A program made the translations under genes and the position numbers. Of a stretch of DNA of 53,567 bases, positions 48,752 to 53,567 are shown one piece after another (position 1 is the stretch's first letter; each line of letters starts with the position of its first letter). Source of the stretch: an uncultured Planctomycetaceae bacterium (lineage in GTDB: Bacteria > Planctomycetota > Planctomycetia > Planctomycetales > Planctomycetaceae); the NCBI GenBank assembly GCA_963976765.1, contig CAXBME010000001.1, positions 496,001 to 549,567 on the forward strand, in the 5' to 3' direction. The notes beneath the pieces are model-generated. The model did no database searches, was not told the DNA's origin, and saw only the letters and a list, made by a program, of their open reading frames with translations.

Positions 48752-49609
48752 TCACGATCGTGCGAATGCCTGGAATTTCTCCAGCAGTTCCAAGGTGATC
48801 GGGCCGGGAGTTCCTTCGCCGATGTCGCGTCCATCCAGGCTGACGACGGGGACAACTTCCGCGGCGCTGCCGGTCAGAAAACATTCGTCAGCGATGTAAA
48901 TGTCGTGGCGAAGCAGGACACACTCTTTAACTTCATACCCGCTTTCCCGAGCGATCCGCATCACCGCGTTGCGAGTCAGGCCTTCGAGAATTCCAGCGTC
49001 AGGGCCGGGAGTCTTCAGCACTCCGTCTTTTACGATGAAGATATTGTCTCCCGAGCATTCGGCGACTTCACCCTTGTGGTTCAGCATCAAAGCCTCGGGC
49101 GAGCCGGCGTCGGTGCCTTCGATCTTGGCCAGAATATTGTTGAGGTAGTTGAGCGACTTGATGCGAGCGCTCAACGCTCCGGGGTGATTTCTGATCGTGC
49201 TGGCCGTGATCAGCTTCATCCCGTTCTTATAGATTTCTTCCGGGTACAGCGTGATCGTGTCGGCGATGATGATGACCTGAGGGTTGGACGTTTTGCGAAT
49301 GTCCAGCCCCAGGCTTCCGCTGCCTCGGGTAACAATCAGACGCACGTAGCCGTCGACAATTCCGTTTTCCTTCACCGTCATGTTGACGGCGTCGATCATT
49401 TCAGAAGTCGACATCGGAATCGGCAGACGGATCGCCTGCGCGCTTTCATAGAGTCGGGCGATGTGTTCTTCGTGCAGAAAAACTTTGCCGCCGTAAACTC
49501 GAATTCCCTCGAAGACGCCGTCGCCGTACAGCAGCCCGTGATCGTAGACGTTGATGGTTGCCTCATCCTTAGAGACGAGCTTGCCAGTGATGTAAACCTT
49601 CTGCGACAT
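48752..49609 (-). CDS. ilvE: Branched-chain amino acid aminotransferase
   Basis: DHGLLYGDGVFEGIR, PLP lysine in IKSLNYLNN, ECSGDNIF, ILEGLTR, DECFLTGSAAE. Confidence 0.95.
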   Translation of the reverse strand: MSQKVYITGKLVSKDEATINVYDHGLLYGDGVFEGIRVYGGKVFLHEEHIARLYESAQAIRLPIPMSTSEMIDAVNMTVKENGIVDGYVRLIVTRGSGSLGLDIRKTSNPQVIIIADTITLYPEEIYKNGMKLITASTIRNHPGALSARIKSLNYLNNILAKIEGTDAGSPEALMLNHKGEVAECSGDNIFIVKDGVLKTPGPDAGILEGLTRNAVMRIARESGYEVKECVLLRHDIYIADECFLTGSAAEVVPVVSLDGRDIGEGTPGPITLELLEKFQAFARS

Positions 49610-49814
49610 GCAGGTAACTCCGGGCGTGTGGCGACTGCGGCGAACGCGATCGACGAGGAAAATGGATACGGGCGGGCATTGAAGCAGGCTTCATGCCGAA
49701 CGGTCAACCGTTGCCAGGGCTGTCGGCGAACGATTTCCGCAGCAGACACGGAATCGACACAAAAGGCTCACCGTTCGACCAGACCGGCAGTGGCTTCCCG
49801 GCAGTCTGCTCGGT

Positions 49815-50588
49815 CTACGCGGCCTTTTCGAGACGCTCCACATTGCCGTTTGCCAGTCGGACGATCCGGTGTGACTGCCTGGCGATGGCGTCGTCGTGAG
49901 TGACCATCACGATGGTCAGGCCGTGTTCTTCGTTCAGCGAACACAGCAGGTCCATAATTCCTCGACCGGTCTGAGCGTCAAGATTTCCGGTTGGCTCATC
50001 AGCCAGCAGAATTTCCGGGCGGGCGACGAGTGCTCGAGCAATTGCCGCTCGCTGCATTTCTCCGCCGGACAGTTCGGATGGCCGATGCTTCAGGCGGTGC
50101 GACAATCCGACTTTTTCGATGATTGCGTTGGCCTGGTCGCGATATTCGCGGCGATTCTTCCAGTATTTCATCGCCGAGTCGCGGATCATCAGCGGAGCCA
50201 GCACGTTCTCCAGAACGTTCAGCTCGGGCAGCAGGTGGTAGAACTGAAAGATGAATCCGAAGACTCGATTCCTGATGACGTCGCGCGTGGCCGGCGGAAG
50301 ATTGTCGACACGGAGTGTTTCCGTAGGCTTGCCATCGGCACCTTCGCATTGCAGCCGAACTTCGCCGACGGATGGCTGATCGAGTAGTCCCATCAGGTGA
50401 AGCAGGGTACTTTTGCCGCTGCCCGACTGCCCGACAATCGACAGGAACTCGCCCCGGTGAGCGTGCATTTCGACGCCGCGCAGCACCGGAATCCGGTGCT
50501 GACCTTTCAAGTAGACCTTCTCGATCGCGACTGCCGACAGATGCCGTGTGGATGCGTCGTTTTTCGAGAGTTGAGGAAAGGCAGGCAT
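49815..50588 (-). CDS. lolD: Lipoprotein-releasing ABC transporter ATP-binding protein (LolD-like)
   Basis: GQSGSGKST, GFIFQFYHLLPEL, LSGGEMQR, LADEPTGNLD, VTHD; start placed at MPAFPQ. Confidence 0.88.
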   Translation of the reverse strand: MPAFPQLSKNDASTRHLSAVAIEKVYLKGQHRIPVLRGVEMHAHRGEFLSIVGQSGSGKSTLLHLMGLLDQPSVGEVRLQCEGADGKPTETLRVDNLPPATRDVIRNRVFGFIFQFYHLLPELNVLENVLAPLMIRDSAMKYWKNRREYRDQANAIIEKVGLSHRLKHRPSELSGGEMQRAAIARALVARPEILLADEPTGNLDAQTGRGIMDLLCSLNEEHGLTIVMVTHDDAIARQSHRIVRLANGNVERLEKAA

Positions 50589-50694
50589 GAGTGGTCCCTG
50601 TTTACAACAGTTGTTCGTTCGCTGAAAATCGTGAGCACAGCTGGTTGACTCGGCAGATACTGCTTCCGAGTGACCGACTGAATCGTCGATAGAA

Positions 50695-52497
50695 TTATTC
50701 GTACCGCAAGGCCTGAACCGGGTGCAGCCTGGAAGCTCGTCGAGCCGGCAGAACGCTTGCCAGCACCGCAATGACGATGGCTCCAAACGCGACGGAAACA
50801 ACCATGAACGCGTTGACCTGCGTCGGAATGCTGGGGAAGTAGTAGATTCGTTCGTCAAACACTTTCCGCCCCATGATGATGGCCAGCAACCCTTCGATTT
50901 CGTTGATGTACCGAACGAAGAGTAAGCCCAGTACCGCACCGACTCCGCTTCCGACCAGACCGAGTGCCAGGCCGTACGAAAGGAAGATCGACATCACACC
51001 TCGCGAGCTGGCTCCCAAGGCTTTCAGAATGCCGATGTCGCGAGTTTTCTCGACAACGATCATGTAGAAAATTGCGAGGATGCCGAACCCGGCAACGGCG
51101 ATAATCAGAAACAGCAGAACGTTCAGGATTGCCGCTTCGATGTCGACTGCCGCCAGCAGTGGGCCTTGCTTCTGTTCCCAGGTGCGAACGGTGAAGAGGT
51201 GTGGAGGGAAAGCGTTCTGGAGTTTTCGAACGACGTCCGGAGCGTCTTCGTAATCCTTCAGCCGAATCTTGAGTGTTGTGACCGCTCCTTTGCCTGACTG
51301 AGGGTCGATCATCCCTCGCATTTCCTGGAGATATTCCAGGTTGCAGAACACGAGGTTGGCGTCGTACTCACTCATGCCGCTTTTGTAGACGTCGACGACC
51401 GTTGCAAAGAAATGACGAGGTTCCGGCGGACTGCCCGCGCTGACTGTGCTGATTTTCACGTCGTCGCCGGGGTGGACCATTCGTTCAAGCTGGACGCCGC
51501 CGGTGCGAGGATCTTCCCGCAGGATTTCGATCAGACCGGCGCCGATGTAAAGTCGTCCGTGAAGCGGCGCGTCGACATCGGCTGCTGCGTTGTTGCCCGC
51601 GACCTTGGCTTCAATCAGTTCTTCTGGAACCAGCAGATCTTTGAACGGGTCGTCAGAACCTCGGCCAGATTCCGCAGCTCCGGCGTCTTCTGTCGCCGAT
51701 GTCTGAATGATTTTCTGAGCCGGTTGAATCTGGCGTTCCCGTTGAAACTCTGCATTCGCCGCAGTTGCCGGTCCAACGGCAGGGCCTTGAGCTTTCGCTG
51801 GAATCGCTTCCGCCGTTGCCAGGGTGCCGAGCTGTTGAGGTTCGCTGGTGGTCTCTTCGAATTTCGGAGTGCCGGCAGGTTGACCGGAATCGAACCTTGG
51901 TTCTTCCGGCATCAGTTGTTCAACCGGTTCCTCTTCGAACGGATCGATCTCGTTGGCTGCTGGCTGAAAGAAGAGCCGCTGTCGCTCTTTCCAGGCTGTT
52001 CTGTAAGCGAGCGCGTCGGGAGTCAGATCCCAGTTCGGTGTCGCTCCGTCCGGTCGAAGTTTCTTTCGAGTGACAACGCCGTCTTCCACGATGTCGCGAA
52101 AACTGTCGAGGTGTGTCTGGAGCGGGCTGACTGCGGATTCAGCCTCTGGATCAATCCCGACCAGCGTGACCGGTCGAGGAATCCACTGCCCGCCTCGACG
52201 AAAATGAAGCAGCCCGAAAACTTCAACAGTCGCGGAGATGGCTTCAATCCGGTCGCCCGTGACGGCACGAGCTCGGGCCATCAATTCCTGAGCGTCCGCT
52301 TCGCCGTTAAGACTGTTTGTTTCGACGTCGACGTCGGCAAGGATGCCGTTAATGCGGGTTCTCATCTCGTAAGAGAAACCGGACATCACGCTGTTCACGA
52401 CGATCATCGTCGCCACGCCGAGCATCACGCTGATAATGCTGGCCAGCGCGATAAACCGCGTTCGCAGATACCGCGTACACAAAAGCAGCCTGTACAT
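50695..52497 (-). CDS. Lipoprotein-releasing ABC transporter permease (LolC/E-like) with enlarged periplasmic domain
   Basis: RYLRTR, VMLGVATMIVVNSVMSGF, VVEKTRDIGILKALGAS, PARRASRLHPVQALRYE. Confidence 0.9.
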   Translation of the reverse strand: MYRLLLCTRYLRTRFIALASIISVMLGVATMIVVNSVMSGFSYEMRTRINGILADVDVETNSLNGEADAQELMARARAVTGDRIEAISATVEVFGLLHFRRGGQWIPRPVTLVGIDPEAESAVSPLQTHLDSFRDIVEDGVVTRKKLRPDGATPNWDLTPDALAYRTAWKERQRLFFQPAANEIDPFEEEPVEQLMPEEPRFDSGQPAGTPKFEETTSEPQQLGTLATAEAIPAKAQGPAVGPATAANAEFQRERQIQPAQKIIQTSATEDAGAAESGRGSDDPFKDLLVPEELIEAKVAGNNAAADVDAPLHGRLYIGAGLIEILREDPRTGGVQLERMVHPGDDVKISTVSAGSPPEPRHFFATVVDVYKSGMSEYDANLVFCNLEYLQEMRGMIDPQSGKGAVTTLKIRLKDYEDAPDVVRKLQNAFPPHLFTVRTWEQKQGPLLAAVDIEAAILNVLLFLIIAVAGFGILAIFYMIVVEKTRDIGILKALGASSRGVMSIFLSYGLALGLVGSGVGAVLGLLFVRYINEIEGLLAIIMGRKVFDERIYYFPSIPTQVNAFMVVSVAFGAIVIAVLASVLPARRASRLHPVQALRYE

Positions 52498-52761
52498 GAG
52501 CCATTCCCTTGGCAGTCACCGTCCCGACGGGCCTCGCGCAAAGCTCATCCCTGCACGACCATCGGACTGTCCCTCTGTTCCTCCGCCGAACCCTCCAGTC
52601 CGACTACGAAGAGTGGAAGCATCACCGAGTCCGCAAATCGCGTCAATCCGGGATTTGGCAGCGGCGAAAGGCCGAGCCAAACGAAAAACGGCTCGCCCTG
52701 GTAAATGGACGAGCCGTTTCATCGATCACTCGAATTTCAGTTTGATACGCGATTCCTCGCC

Positions 52762-53391
52762 TCAATCACATTTCACGTAGCGATAGTACGAGGGAGCTGC
52801 AGACTCAAGCACAACCGGGGCATACCCGGGTGGGCAGTAGTTCGGCGAGTAATAGCTGACACCTTTCGTCGTGCACTCGTCATCTGAGATGAGCCGCTTC
52901 AAAGCCTTGCCCAGTTTCTGACGCTCCTCAATCAATTCCTGCTGTCGGATCTCACAGTCAATGAACTTGCCGAAGTCGAGCGAGCCGTCTGCACGCTTGT
53001 AGTTACAATCCAGCGAATACCCGTAGCAACCGGCTTTGCAGTTTGTTGATCCGTCACCAGTATGGACGAGACGCCGGATGACTTTCGCGAGTTTTTCACG
53101 GTCTTCGCAGAGTTCCTGTTCTTTCAGCAACTCAGAAAGCGCGTCGTTCAAGCCAGGTTTCGGGGGGGCTTTGGGGGCAGGTTTCTTTACGGGCGGCTGA
53201 TGGTTCGACTTCTTAATTGCGTCAGCCACGAGTCGTGCGATCCCCGGTGTCGCCTTTTGAATCTCAAGCGAGACGATTTTTGCGACTTCTTCCCGCTCCT
53301 CTTTGTCCAGGCCTCCTGCAAACGAGTTTTGACCTGAAAGCACTGATACAGCTAACGCCAGCACGCAAAATGTCGTCCATTGTTTGCTCAT
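52762..53391 (-). CDS. Secreted Cys-rich hypothetical protein
   Basis: SD aggag before MSKQWTTFCVLALA, signal peptide, 8 Cys in the mature part, internal helical repeat. Confidence 0.7.
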   Translation of the reverse strand: MSKQWTTFCVLALAVSVLSGQNSFAGGLDKEEREEVAKIVSLEIQKATPGIARLVADAIKKSNHQPPVKKPAPKAPPKPGLNDALSELLKEQELCEDREKLAKVIRRLVHTGDGSTNCKAGCYGYSLDCNYKRADGSLDFGKFIDCEIRQQELIEERQKLGKALKRLISDDECTTKGVSYYSPNYCPPGYAPVVLESAAPSYYRYVKCD

Positions 53392-53567
53392 GACTGTCAA
53401 CTCCTGTTTCAACTGGTCATAGAATTGCCGAGAATTCGGCAGGCCCATTCTCAGAGCCGTCTGGATTGTTCGGTATTTTGTACAGTTTGACAAAGAACCT
53501 GAACACCGCTTCTTAGGTCGTGTTGACAATACCTGGGTAAATATGTGAAAGGAGGCAGGTCTAGAAC

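Noticed and set aside
48683..49903. 406 aa plus-strand ORF
   Set aside because: Antisense shadow of ilvE with no recognisable motifs.
51412..52704. 430 aa plus-strand ORF
   Set aside because: Antisense to the lolC/E-like gene; expected in GC-rich DNA.

Overview
Core-genome window from a bacterium that is very probably a Planctomycete, inferred from the DUF1501 and DUF1559 families, a sulfatase, an Orf9/MfnF C1-cofactor gene and a secretin-N-only protein. It holds about 35 CDS and one tRNA-Cys(GCA). No CRISPR array, prophage, integrase or transposase was seen. Recognisable genes are a 5'-partial uvrA lacking the insertion domain, rtcA, ilvB, a metB-like PLP lyase, galT-like, ilvE and lolC/E-lolD. 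Accessory content includes two tandem diguanylate cyclases, three clustered DUF1501 genes beside a DUF1559-lipoprotein pair, tandem CNNM transporters, a TPR lipoprotein with a long Q/P/G-rich tail, an acidic protein with a degenerate FHA domain, and DUF58-transglutaminase. The best candidate for an undescribed system is the co-oriented PLP lyase, GT2 and BshC-like ligase trio (19666-23504), which may make a non-canonical bacillithiol-type thiol. Intergenic DNA contains REP-like palindromes, a structured element downstream of tRNA-Cys, a sigma-54-like site and several repeat clusters. All family calls come from motif recognition by eye; no database search was run.
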